64,000 bases of DNA from Epiperipatus broadwayi (lineage: Eukaryota > Animalia > Onychophora): NCBI GenBank assembly GCA_028023455.1, contig JAQFVV010000002.1:26536001-26600000 (forward strand), in the 5' to 3' direction. Under the pieces are notes generated by a model. That model made no database searches. It saw only the letters and a list, made by a program, of their open reading frames with translations, and was not told the DNA's origin. The position numbers and the translations under genes were made by a program. Below are positions 54,001 to 64,000 of this stretch, piece after piece (position 1 is the first letter of the stretch; the number at the start of each line of letters is the position of its first letter).

Positions 54001-54316
54001 CATTTTAAACATCTGCCCCAATCTCAACAGTATCAGACAATTAATCCACACAAACTCAAAGATCAACTTTCAAATAATTAACTCAATCCAGCACTGCCTT
54101 GGCACAAAAACATTTGCATGGATAAGACTATCCACATTCCTCACCTTTTCCATCTGGTCCGTCCGCTGCAAGCTAGCCTTTGAAGGAGCTCATTTAAATC
54201 CTCTTCAACTCTTCATTAACATCATCAACAATATCAAAAAAAGGGATGAAATCCTTTCTACCTCTATGGCCTTCTTTGAGACATGGAGACTGTTTGAAGT
54301 TCCGATACAACAATAA
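51086..54316 (+). CDS. LINE ORF2p: APE endonuclease, reverse transcriptase and C-terminal CCHC zinc finger (1076 aa)
   Basis: APE motifs TNVRGLN, AETK, LLGDFNV, IDLFY, SDH. RT motifs LRPISM, LDIAAAFDSV, PQGSPLS, YMDD. C-terminal CQLCGRESETFEHILNIC. Confidence 0.97.
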   Translation: MYLKIVGTNVRGLNSLQRIYAIRQWLNIHTPHIFFMAETKFHIKSNLQITQILENFGYTKFSIATTASGGVGFIINKNKPPNDFNILYLDGNIVIIKVNYSGFIFNILFIYIQNTVNNFHHIIHTINMVLYSNSSPTLLLGDFNVNYAHFNNKYLHLINKTLMCGEGFLPPGSFSFYTQSCKSLIDLFYYSPELHFQIEAQLQLVTYSDHLAQIIKLLPDKTLYTGEYSRQTLRMITRTTATEAIISESYIYFKKIDILSQPIEVAWFAFIEVIQSLISNYTRKLKGPVKLLNDLQNISSKLKEIPSNTDNIKDIISLKLKYKTQQEKLAEYLSIKRAKLFLESQHCWTRGYIRWALGTSRIKNTPSIIISNGESWIGQQMLEGIKHHFQEILQKDPETPLTIWKNEEVPDMHCITESMLQNKITSLRDRIHPGLHGIPRFILAHLSKFSIPIIHRMIDHLTDGNKIIPNLYPIAMVPFLKKNKPPSELMSLRPISMSPLIIKIIESTIKDIIQEGILKYISPSQFAKKGSSTTLAMAQVKSLVDHLRTNRKSKPIAVQLDIAAAFDSVRINILLKTLADYAVPKPYLQIISNLLRNRHILISLDGRTTDSFKPSHSIPQGSPLSAILFIAYINPLLLDIQRQLPGVYIPRLKREIGILAYMDDVFIVLPSQKYLGHLNKILNDYTHQYKLSFNLQKSSAWRIATGKKITTNFLGQPQNFLGIPFHKPPTIITSQIQNEILKSASKITTSLAKVYLSLHGKVALLNMVLFPKINYYLPIIKPTKIFVSKINSLCSRLFWGGKTVAISLEGMRRPCWLNGLSLHSPYTFFLQKIHNLIHKLTLIFDNFQVYMPVDPTDRPPPLKQDWISSLTSASQCLYNCPATAYSSKMKYWDAYNLQHPQTYSPISRLNLSNKKIISQFKFWSLEAKFLDFIIKINLDALPTKWFLVNRRGFNNIDPLCQLCGRESETFEHILNICPNLNSIRQLIHTNSKINFQIINSIQHCLGTKTFAWIRLSTFLTFSIWSVRCKLAFEGAHLNPLQLFINIINNIKKRDEILSTSMAFFETWRLFEVPIQQ

Positions 54317-54583
54317 TGCAAACACTGCAACAAACCCACATCAAACCCACCATCAAAAAGCAATATATTTATCATCCCTATAAATATTCTATGGTCACTC
54401 TAAGCATCAACCTGTTGCAGAAACACAATGTCGTTCAATTGAAATACTGCAACCACTATCAATACAAAGTTGTACAAGATAGACCAATGTCCACATAATA
54501 ATACATGCATGAGAACTCTTAACCTTTTAACCAAGCTTAACCTGTTATCCTGTATATCATAATACTATGTATATTTTGTGTTA

Positions 54584-54612
54584 AATAAATTTCTTGATAA
54601 AAAAAAAAAAAA
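54584..54612 (+). terminator. Polyadenylation signal and poly(A) tail of the LINE
   Basis: AATAAA at 54584-54589 and an A14 run at 54599-54612. Confidence 0.85.
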
Positions 54613-56579
54613 TTACGGTAGTAAACTATGAGAAGGGAATTTTATGTCATAAATTCACTACGTAACAACTAACAATAATAAATAAGAATAATGATAATAA
54701 TAGTATAATGTAATCCTATTTCTTCTTAAATGAAATAAATAAATAAATATTACGTTCGTGGTAGTATTTAATAATCTGACAATCAAAATACGTGTTGTAA
54801 TATTGGCATATAATTTATTTTAATATTGTGGCAACCAACTTATGACCAATAAACGATCTAATTATAATCCTTTAATTTTATCATACAAATAAATTTTCAA
54901 AATTTATTATAACACTTTTATGTTTATCTACTTTGTGCAAAATTATATGTCTGTTGCAATTATAAATGTGTATTGCGATATCATGCATTCTATGTGGAGA
55001 AATATAACTAAGACACGAAGCTTACAAATAAATTTACAACATAGTTTATTAATAATTATACAAATAACAATATTTACATTATGTACATCGGATATCCCTA
55101 CTTTCCTGTTACAAAATTACTTTACTAGTTTATCTCTTAACATTAAATTTCTACTTATTTTATTTTTAACTCTTATACAGTATTATCATTACTAGATATC
55201 TGATTTTAGTTTAGCTTGTTACAAAAATGTATCTATCAATAATTATCATTAATACTTTATATCTCTATTAATTTTAAAATTATATTTTTTACAAAATTTT
55301 TTACCTTCGTAGTAAAAATTATACAAAATCATAAAATTCTATTTTATATTATTATTCGTATGGAATCCTAAAGATTCAAACCCTTCCTGAAATTTTGATG
55401 TTCCGTTTTATTATTGACTATACAATAATTATTAATCCAATACTTATCCAAGCCTTTGCTTCGTATGGTAACTACAATCATTAACACAACATGCACAAAT
55501 ACATATATCTGTTACACATTATTGAATCATTTTTCAACCAACATGCAATCTCTATTTTTAATATCATATAAAATATTAAAATTTTATTATTACTTTAAAA
55601 ACTTTGTTTAGATTTTTCCTTTAAAATCTTATATTCATTTCAGAATTACTTTTTAAAACTATATCATATGATTCTTCATCTCTTTATGACATTTATACTT
55701 TCACTTTTAAAATAACAATTCGAACTCATTCTAGTAAATAAACTATTCTTACGTAACTACAACATAGCCTCATTTCTATTTTATGTATCATTTCTATAAA
55801 ATATCTTTCTGACGATGTATATTCATGAAACAAGGATAGCGAAAATAGATGCGTAGGATCAAAACAACTAGAATATTATCCGTCATAAAACTTGACAATG
55901 ATGGCACAGTGAATTTAAAGAACACCATAGAGGAGTGACCTTTATCTGTCTACCCACCTCTACTATAGGAGTGATGCTAAAGCTATTCCTTCAGCTTTAT
56001 AAAACATCAAAAAATTTAAAAAATACGCAAAAGAAACACTGTCCAAATATATGTGTTCAGTGATAGGACTTAGTTAGCTATACTGAAATCACACAAAATA
56101 CTATGATCCAAATATTTGATTTTCTTATTTCTTGGCAAAAAACATCATCTTGGTTTCCTCTACACCAGTACTACCAAGTCACTATCCGATTTTATTTCTC
56201 TAGATTTATCTATGCAGTACATCGACAAATTTCTGTCTACATTTCTAACAATAATAAAATTCATTTTTAGTTCAAACTATACAGCTATTCTTAAGAAAAT
56301 CTTTTACTACTTATCTCGTATATTTATAATATACCAACTATTTTAAAATTATCTGAAGATTTTGCAAACATAAAAGTTCAAAAGAATCACATAATTATTA
56401 TGATACTTATTATTAATTATATTTTTAAAACAACTTATTGCATGCACATTTAAAATTACTACTATCTCAAATATATGTTTTAACGTTGGATAAAATGTGT
56501 ACTTATAATTTAAAAACTTTCATACATCATTCTTCATTAATAGATGACCTAAAAAAAAATACATTATGCATTATCAATA

Positions 56580-57690
56580 ATATCACAATTACCAAAACGA
56601 TCTCTATCTTCTTGATCGTATTCTGAAGGCTTCACCATTCCATTACTTCTTGTAGATATTTAAAACTTCCATACATACATTTTATTTTTATAATAATATT
56701 TCTATCATTCTATTAAGCTATTATATTTAAAATCTCATTATTCTTAAATTCATGTTTATATGTTTCCCTAAGCTAATATAGATTTTTTATATTTTAAATA
56801 CAATCAAATAAAATATTAAATTATATTTACGATACTGCTTTGTCGAACTTGCTTGAAAATTGTTCATCGTAAAGCTAAAAAAAAATATACTTTATTTTTT
56901 TCTTTCAGTCACTTAATGTTCTATAAAAAAAATAACTCTGTTTAATAATCTTCATCGACGATGATCCTTAGTTTTCTCAATATTTTATACACTTATTAAT
57001 TCTTGATGTCTCCTTTAACATAGTCTGCTAGCTTTTTCCCGCGCGTCTGGTTTCCCCCGATGCATCTTGTAGATATTTTACTTAAAGATTTAGTAAATTT
57101 TTCCGTTTTCCATGGATCCATTTCTATTTAGTCATTTAATTATATATTTCTTTGATCAAACATTTTTCATTAAATTCTTTGTAATATTTTTCTCTTCTTA
57201 TTGGATAAAGGTTTCAGCTCTTTTTCTATAAAATACATATATCACTTTCATATTAGTTTTTAACTTTTTCTTTACTTTAACATTCGGGAACTATAGTTAT
57301 AGTAATGTTTCCCTTTTAAAATAAACACTTTTCTCCATTATTATTTTTCTTGGTACTAGAACGCATATTAAAATTTTGTTCATAGAGAAGTATAACTTAG
57401 TTTTAAAATAGCTCTGTAAATTTATCGTCATAAATTGTTCTTGACGAATAGCAGCTTCTTTTTCAGATTTTCACATATCGTCCCAATTGTATTCCTTTCA
57501 GTTATAAGATTAAGTTTCAGGTTGAGCACAACTAAAGTGGCATTAAGATGATTTCCAATTATTTTTCTTTCAGCAATCACTTTAAATATTTTTTCTTGTA
57601 CTTCCATGTTACTGTAGGCTTTCTGGTTAAATTTGAATAAAATTTCCTGGTAAGACAAACTTAAAATTAGCAATGCATATCTCTGTAGTC
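56580..57690 (-). pseudogene. Possible heavily decayed Gypsy gag/integrase remnants
   Basis: Minus-strand fragments KPTVTWKYKKKY, YNWDDM.KSEKEAAIRQ and RSNGMV..QNTIKK resemble K02A2.6-type gag and the integrase SNGxxE motif. CpGs are retained. Weak. Confidence 0.35.
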
Positions 57691-59521
57691 AAAATATATT
57701 ATATGTTACAGAATAACTTTGAGAATAAATCCGAAATTATAAATCTATATTACTTTCCAGCTACGATGTTATCAGCCATAAAAAATTTGTTACTTTCCCT
57801 TTCACTTACACATTACTTCTCCCGCTCTGTATAATTCTTAGATTTTTGTCTGTTAATTTTACATCCTTTGATTGGTTAATATTTATTTTAGCGCGAACAA
57901 TTTATTCATTTTATTTTGATAACAGAATGAATGTTTCAAAATTAAGAATTGATGACGTAATGTCTGGAATTATTTATACCAATATTTTTAAATTCAATTA
58001 TAGTTTTATATAAAAAAAATCATCTAAGTTTTAAAATAATTATTAAAACAATATTTAATATTTATAACTTTCATTTTAATGATCGATGGCAATTATATCT
58101 AGTTTTAAATTCACACAGTTTATTATTATTTTAACAAGAGTGTGTGTGAAGGCATATAATATACAGTCACGTGTCTACTAACTTTATAAAAATGATTTTT
58201 TATTTACGTCTTGGTTTAAATTACCAAAACTGATATATTTTATAAAAAATTTAGAAAATAATTTTAAAATGTAGAACTAAATATAATTCTCACCATCCCA
58301 CAGTTTATTAATAAATTATACTCTATTAAATTTGATTTATAAATACAATTATACACTACATATAGTATTTATTTAATTTATTAGTTTTAAAATATTATAT
58401 TCAAATTATTAATCTACTTTTAACTATCTATAGCTGTATTATTTTATATGGCCAGCTTTCACAACCATAAGCAATGATATGATTAAGCTTTATTTAATTG
58501 TTTTCTTTTAAATAATTTATTACACTGTTACATACCAGGTATTTTTAGCTTTAAATTGTACTATAAAATCTCATTCTCTTATTATTATTTATATATCTTA
58601 CAAATATAACTTAAAATTTAAAATTTTTTAATAATTGACCTTTCTACCCTACCTATGACCTACAGACAAGGGCACAATATATAGACACATATGCATACTT
58701 ATTAATTAATTTAATTTGAATATATGTAGTTTATTTCCTCTTATAGTTAAATTTTATCTGGAATATCCCTTATCTCAAAATGGCACAAAATGGAAAGTGT
58801 AACAGACCATGAAACCACCTTCCAATAATGTCCCCCATATCATTTTGGAAGCAGTCTATGGAACTTCTCACCAAGAAGCAACTTGGAAACACTATGTTCA
58901 CTCAGCAAATGTGCTGCTGATGCGATATTTTCAATGTGCTTATTTTTATTAATAAGTTATGTTATTTTTCTTTTCTTTCAGTACATTTTTTGGAACATCT
59001 TGCAATTTGTATATTTGTCATTAGCTTAATTTTATACAGCTTGAAACGTACAATTATTAATTTAAGTTTTTGAAATCTTAATGTGCACAGGAATAAGTCA
59101 ATTGGCAAGTGAGCACAGATGGAGACTACCCAATCTTCCTGTACTTTATTTGGAAACTGCATTCATTTTAATTGTATAATTATGTTGATGCAGTTTTATT
59201 CTTACAATAGATTATATGTTAAACTACTAAACATCACATGACCACTATTCTTATGCTAACACATAACTGTTATTAGAACAGGCAAATCTCTCCATACAGT
59301 AGTGCCACTCAGTGCCAACCAGAGTAATCAATGGATGCCAGAAGGCTTGTGCATAAAAGCCCCATCTAGTGCCTACTCATCCATTGATTACTCTGAATGG
59401 CACTGGGTGGCACTACTGTATGGAAAGTTTGCCTGTTTTAATAACAGTTATGTGCTAGCATAAGAAGTAGTGGTCATGTGATGTTTAGTGGTTTAACACC
59501 AATCCTGCCTAGTAGGATAGT

Positions 59522-59587
59522 GGTGGCTATGGTTGTTAAAGAGCCAAAGACATCAAAATGTATGGGTATTGAACTGGGTTCGGACCC
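59522..59587 (+). promoter_or_regulatory. Putative internal Pol III A and B boxes of family A
   Basis: ggtggctatggttg (~59522) and gggttcggaccc (59576-59587, GGTTCGANNCC-like). The 17200-17270 copy has gagttcaggcc. Confidence 0.45.
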
Positions 59588-59733
59588 ATATGACTATATA
59601 AGCTATTGAGCTTAGATTGAACATATTATTGTGTTTTAAATTTTATTCTCATAGTTTTGTAGTCAAATAGAGATAAAAGATAGCTGCTGAAGGGTTGCGT
59701 TAGATCCTAAGATCTAGGTGCAGTGCTCTCAGT

Positions 59734-59790
59734 TCCAAAGTTTCTCACTGACGAAGACCACAAGGTAGAAACAAGTCTGGGGATATTGGA
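59734..59790 (+). ncRNA. Type I hammerhead ribozyme, family A
   Basis: tccaaagtttctca-CTGACGA-agaccacaaggta-GAAAC-AA-GTC-tggggatattgga. Confidence 0.8.
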
Positions 59791-59959
59791 TGAGTAGGCA
59801 CTAGATGGGGATTTTATGCACAAGCCTTCTGGCATCCATTGATTACTCTGGTTGGCACTGAGTGGCACTACTGTATGGAGAGTTTTGCCTGTTTTAGATT
59901 ATATGTAATAGATATGTTGTTTTGAATCATTGCTTTATATCAAACTGTAATGTAATTAT

Positions 59960-61240
59960 CCACAATGGCAGGAATGTCTTCGAAATGCTAATGAAAAATA
60001 TCCAATGTAAATGGAATGCTTCATAACAATTGGAAGATTTTGTTGTGCAAAATAAACACAGTTTGGCAACTTGTTTGATTTGTTGTGAAAGGTATTATAT
60101 TAAAAAAAATATATAACGTTGTTCATCATATATTATGTTCATCATTATTCCATAAAATACAAATAAAGTTTGAAAAGTTAACTTTCTTCAAGAAATCATT
60201 GTAACAACAATAAAATGTTATGTCTGTGGCAATATTACAAGATGAAGTAATGACAAAAGCATCATGTGACATACTTAGTAAGCACATGAAATCATTAATC
60301 GATGCAGAGATTGCAAATTAAAGTTTCATCACTGCTTCTATTATATTATTTGATAAATTTAGCAATAAAAAACAATGGATAATGTTGCAAATTTAAAAAA
60401 ATGCATCTCTCTGATTCTACCTGCATTAAAAAAAAACATTTCTGATCATGATTTAAAAAATTATAAATATTTTACCTTGGCTTTTGATTTTACCACTGAT
60501 ATTTCAGCACCATCACAATGTTCCATTTTTATTAGATATTTTACTGAACAGAATTTAATTCATGAAGATTTTTTGAAATTTCTTCCTGTAAAGAAACAAA
60601 CCTGAGGCGTAGATTATCTTGATATGATTAGTACTTTTCTGGAGAACAGTAATATTGGTATAAAAATATAGGTTTATTTGTGCACTAATGGTTAGTCAGA
60701 TGTGAAAAGGAATTTGCTTCCCTATTAAAAAAGGAATACAATTTAAAGAATCTCTTGTCATTTCATTGTATTATTCACTAAGAAAACGTGATGGCACATA
60801 TTTCCATAATGGAAATAGATCCTGTAACAAAAACCAAATATAATAAATATAGTGAATTATATTCAAGCCCAAAAACCGAACTATAGAAAACTCGTCTTTC
60901 AGAAGAAATGAACAGTAATTTTAGTGATATTGTTTTACTTATCCCAATGAGACAGTTTAGCATAAGAAAAGGTTTGGATCAGTTGTTTCTTTACAGCAAG
61001 AAATTATTTTATTTTTACAAGAAAATGATAAAGTTTACAGGAAACTTAATGATGGGTAGTGGCATATTTTAGCTTTTCTCTGTGGTATTGTGGAATAACT
61101 TAGTGAGCTCAACCATGGTTTACAGACTGAAAATAAAATTATTTTGCAGATAGAAAAATATTTGCTTTTGAAGAGAAACTGAGCATCTATCTATTATGAG
61201 AAAGTACAAAACCAAATACAGTCTAATTTTCCAACTGTAA
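59960..61240 (+). mobile_element. hAT (GTF2IRD2/EPM2AIP1-like) transposase relic
   Basis: YFTLAFDFTTDISAPSQCSIFIRYF...IHEDFLKFLPVK corresponds to the SLALDESTD...QLxIFIR motif. Upstream CLICCE BED-like remnant. Confidence 0.8.
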
Positions 61241-61251
61241 GAAAAGCTAAA

Positions 61252-61721
61252 TAATAAATATCACATGATCACCATTTCTTATGCTTGCTCTTAACTTATT
61301 AAAACAGGCAAAACTTTCTATACGTATTGCCACTCAGTGCAAGCCAGAGTGATGCCAGAAAGCTCGTGCATAAAATCCCCATCTAGTGCCTAACTCATCC
61401 AATATTCCCAGACTAGTTTCTGGCTTGTGGCCTTCGTCAGTGAGGAGCCTTGGATCTGAGAGTACTGCATCTAGATCTATAAAACAGGAAAAACTCACTA
61501 TGCATATTGCTACACACAGCAAGCTAGAGTAATCAATGGATGCCAGAAGGCTTGTGCATAAAATCCCCATCTAGTGCCTACTCATCCAACATCCTCAGAC
61601 TAGTTTCTGGCTTGTGGATGAGTAGGCACTAGATAGGGATTTTTTGCACACGCCTTCTGGCATCCATTGATTACTCTGGCTTGCACTGAGTGGCAATACA
61701 TATAGTTTTACCTGTTTGAAT
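61252..61721. mobile_element. Family A insertion: two tandem minus stubs, then a plus stub
   Basis: Minus 61260-61478 (full HHR), minus 61481-61617 (HHR cut in stem II) and plus 61615-61721. 10-bp TSD aaaagctaaa at 61242-61251 and 61722-61731. Confidence 0.88.
61398..61454 (-). ncRNA. Type I hammerhead ribozyme, family A
   Basis: tccaaggctcctca-CTGACGA-a-ggc-cacaa-gcc-a-GAAAC-TA-GTC-tgggaatattgga. Stem II shows a compensatory A-U to G-C change relative to 17012. Confidence 0.88.
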
Positions 61722-62207
61722 AAAAGCTAAACAAGGTGGTACTGACATTTCTCTAGAAAACTATGCACTCATTTCAAATTATTTAGCTGCTTTACACAAA
61801 GAATGTAAGAGCCAATTTCAGGATTCAAGAAATGTAAAAAATTGTCTATTACTTGTAGAAAATCTCTGGCACTTAGAAACAGCTATTGTTATACAGCCTC
61901 ACAAAAGTATTTGATGAATTCATCAAGTTCAAAAATTATTAATTCAGAAGTTATTTTTAAAGAAAAGAGGAAGAGAAAAGAATATGCCAAATTTTGGAAC
62001 TTAATGGTCGAAAAATACAAGACTGCAAAAATGTGCCAAATGCTGCTTATGTTGTTGGCATCAGCGTATCATTGCAAATCATCTATTCTACAATGAAATA
62101 TGGGAAGATCATATATAGAAATCAGCTTACTGATTTTCATCTGTATGCCATATTAAGAGTATTATGTGGAAATTTAGTCAAAACTTTGTCTCAACTTCAA
62201 AAAGCAT

Positions 62208-62314
62208 GTCAAGCATTGGTGGTCAAGAGGTCAGTGACAGCTGCTGTACAGGCAGTTGTCCTGGCTTAGCGGGTTACTTTCTGGCTGATGCTATGACACA
62301 TGAGAAAAAAAAAA
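62208..62314 (+). mobile_element. tRNA-Gly-derived SINE, second subfamily
   Basis: gtcaa-gcattggtggtcaagaggtcag...ctgatgc-tatgacacatgag-A12. 15-bp TSD aacttcaaaaagcat at 62193-62207 and 62315-62329. Confidence 0.82.
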
Positions 62315-62829
62315 AACTTCAAAAAGCATATTAATTATTGAATAAATGCTTGGATACATTTAAGTTTATTTTGAGGTATAGTATACTATCCTTACATCCT
62401 GTGTGGTTTGGCATTTTTGGCAGAGCATCTGACTTGGGATTGGGAAATCCCAGGATCAATTCTGACACTTCCAGATCTGGAACTCAAACTTCTTAAGAAC
62501 TCCCGAACAATAATGCCATATGCCTTCTTTTTCACAGCCTGTTAATGTAATAAACAAATGTATGTAGCCTGAGGAAAAAATGGTTGATAATGAATCATCT
62601 TGTCACCAATCTGTTATCAATTTATTTTTTACAGTGCTACTTTTGTTCATTTTAGTGTTTTTCCTGCAATGTTTTTATTATCAGTTTAATTAGTGACACA
62701 ACAAGGATTATCACATTAGTTATCTTTCATTCATTTTACCATATCTTTGTTTCAGTTAAAATCTTTTTTTTTTCCAGTTTAGGCTTTCCTTCATGAAGTT
62801 TCCTGCTTTTTTTTCTTTTTCTATTTATA

Positions 62830-63170
62830 TAAAACCTTTTGAAATATATAGGGTTTGAACTCAGACTTTCACATGACCTTCACCCATCCATGCTATCTCA
62901 TACCGCTGATACACTTGATCACACACATGTCGAAAAGATAAATAATCACCAATATCCGTATTTTGTGCTAAACCAGCCCTCATCAGTTGATCCAGATTAT
63001 CACCTCCACACATATATACAATCAAAGCTCAGCTTAAATTAAGATAGCCAATATAAGATAGCCAATATTCATACTTTAATGGGCAGGCTTCAAACCACTT
63101 CACGCCACAACTCTTCAGCCATCCATTTTCTTGAAAATCTGATGATGGAATGCTCAAAACATTTGAAATA
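62830..63170 (-). mobile_element. Family B element; hammerhead at 62941-63000 (G12A)
   Basis: Minus strand atcaa-CTGATGA-gggct-ggttt-agcac-AAAA-tacggat-a-ttggt. The 3' end gaaagtctgagttcaaaccct is B-box-like. Confidence 0.75.
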
Positions 63171-64000
63171 AATTTTGTGGCTTAGCATTTCATGAATTTT
63201 AAAAGAATAATATCTCAAACTGCTACGGTTCTATCTTCATTACCTTTATAGATTTATTGTTGAAATTGGAAAATGTATTGGCTTAGTTTCGTACGTAGTA
63301 AATAATATCTTTATGCCATTTGTAATGTAAAATGTGCATACTAACATATCTTTTAGAATATTATTGGGAAATGATAGTTTAATAATGTAGTGTAATTTAT
63401 AAATTATTTAATTAAACAACAACTCTTAATCATTGAAGTACATTAATTGTCTGCTCTTCTCGAAGAGAATATTTATTGAGTTCATTGATTCTTTTGTTCA
63501 GAAGTCTGTAAAATAGCTGTTAAATAAATAAAATGTTGTTTGAATTATTAGATGAATTTTTGATGTTAACTGGATTTTATGACTTGGGAAAATATATTTG
63601 ATTATCATTTTTTTTCTTATTAATTGTTTAATACGAAACAAAATCCATTTTGAAATTTAATGCAGTTTTCTAGTTTATGCATTAATCTTGTTTTCAGTCA
63701 GCTAATTTTATGAGTTTTTATATACGATGCAGACTTAAGTAGAATGATATCATTTTACTAAATATATATGTATTTAAAAAGTTACTAATATAAATTGAAA
63801 TTAAATATTATTAAAAGTGATTTAATTTTTTTTAAAAAAAATACAAATATATTTATAGAAAATTAATTAAAATTTCAAACTTAATTGGTTTTAGTAAAAT
63901 ATATCTAATATTTCTTTTTTTTTCGTACATATATTGTGTATACGCACGTTTGTTAATAATGGGAGGCTTTTTAAAGATTGTGATGTAGTTCTAAATCGGG

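Larger units (their letters stand above)
48246..54609 (+). mobile_element. Full-length intact non-LTR retrotransposon, L1/Tx1 clade
   Basis: 228-nt 5'UTR, two long non-overlapping ORFs, 3'UTR, AATAAA at 54584 and poly(A) from 54599. TSD aaattacggtagta at 48232-48245 and 54610-54623; the target tt|aaat fits the L1 endonuclease preference. Confidence 0.95.
59220..59894. mobile_element. Family A insertion: inverted stub plus >1 monomer (period ~455 nt)
   Basis: catccattgattactctg occurs at 59378 and 59833 on plus. 59218-59325 pairs with ~59390-59497. 12-bp TSD tagattatatgt at 59208-59219 and 59895-59906. Confidence 0.9.

Noticed and set aside
59220-61721. CRISPR-like or satellite array
   Set aside because: The repeats are long, inverted, TSD-flanked retroelement pieces, with no short repeat-spacer periodicity and no cas genes.

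Overview
Very AT-rich, CpG-depleted animal nuclear DNA. An embedded NUMT reads in the invertebrate mitochondrial code. I find no host protein-coding gene; the window is almost entirely transposon-derived. The one intact coding unit is a full-length L1/Tx1-type LINE (48246-54609) with a zinc-knuckle ORF1, an APE-RT-CCHC ORF2, poly(A) and a 14-bp TSD. Also present are a 1.38-kb solo LTR, a cox3-nad3 NUMT, tRNA-Gly-derived SINE copies, and relics of mariner, Tigger, hAT, Merlin, RTE, Gypsy and Penelope-like elements (PLEs). The most striking signal is absent from the ORF track: about 25 type I hammerhead ribozyme (HHR) motifs, including partial and decayed ones, in at least six families, mostly inside fold-back insertions. 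They include (A) a retrozyme-like family with a ~455-nt unit, Pol III-like boxes and 10-12 bp TSDs; (C) a U3-A8 core variant on a young palindromic Penelope GIY-YIG fragment; and (F) a recurrent A3-U8 core (AUGAAUA instead of CUGANGA) at PLE 3' ends that CUGANGA-based searches would miss. All alignments and folds were done by eye, and ribozyme activity is untested inference.
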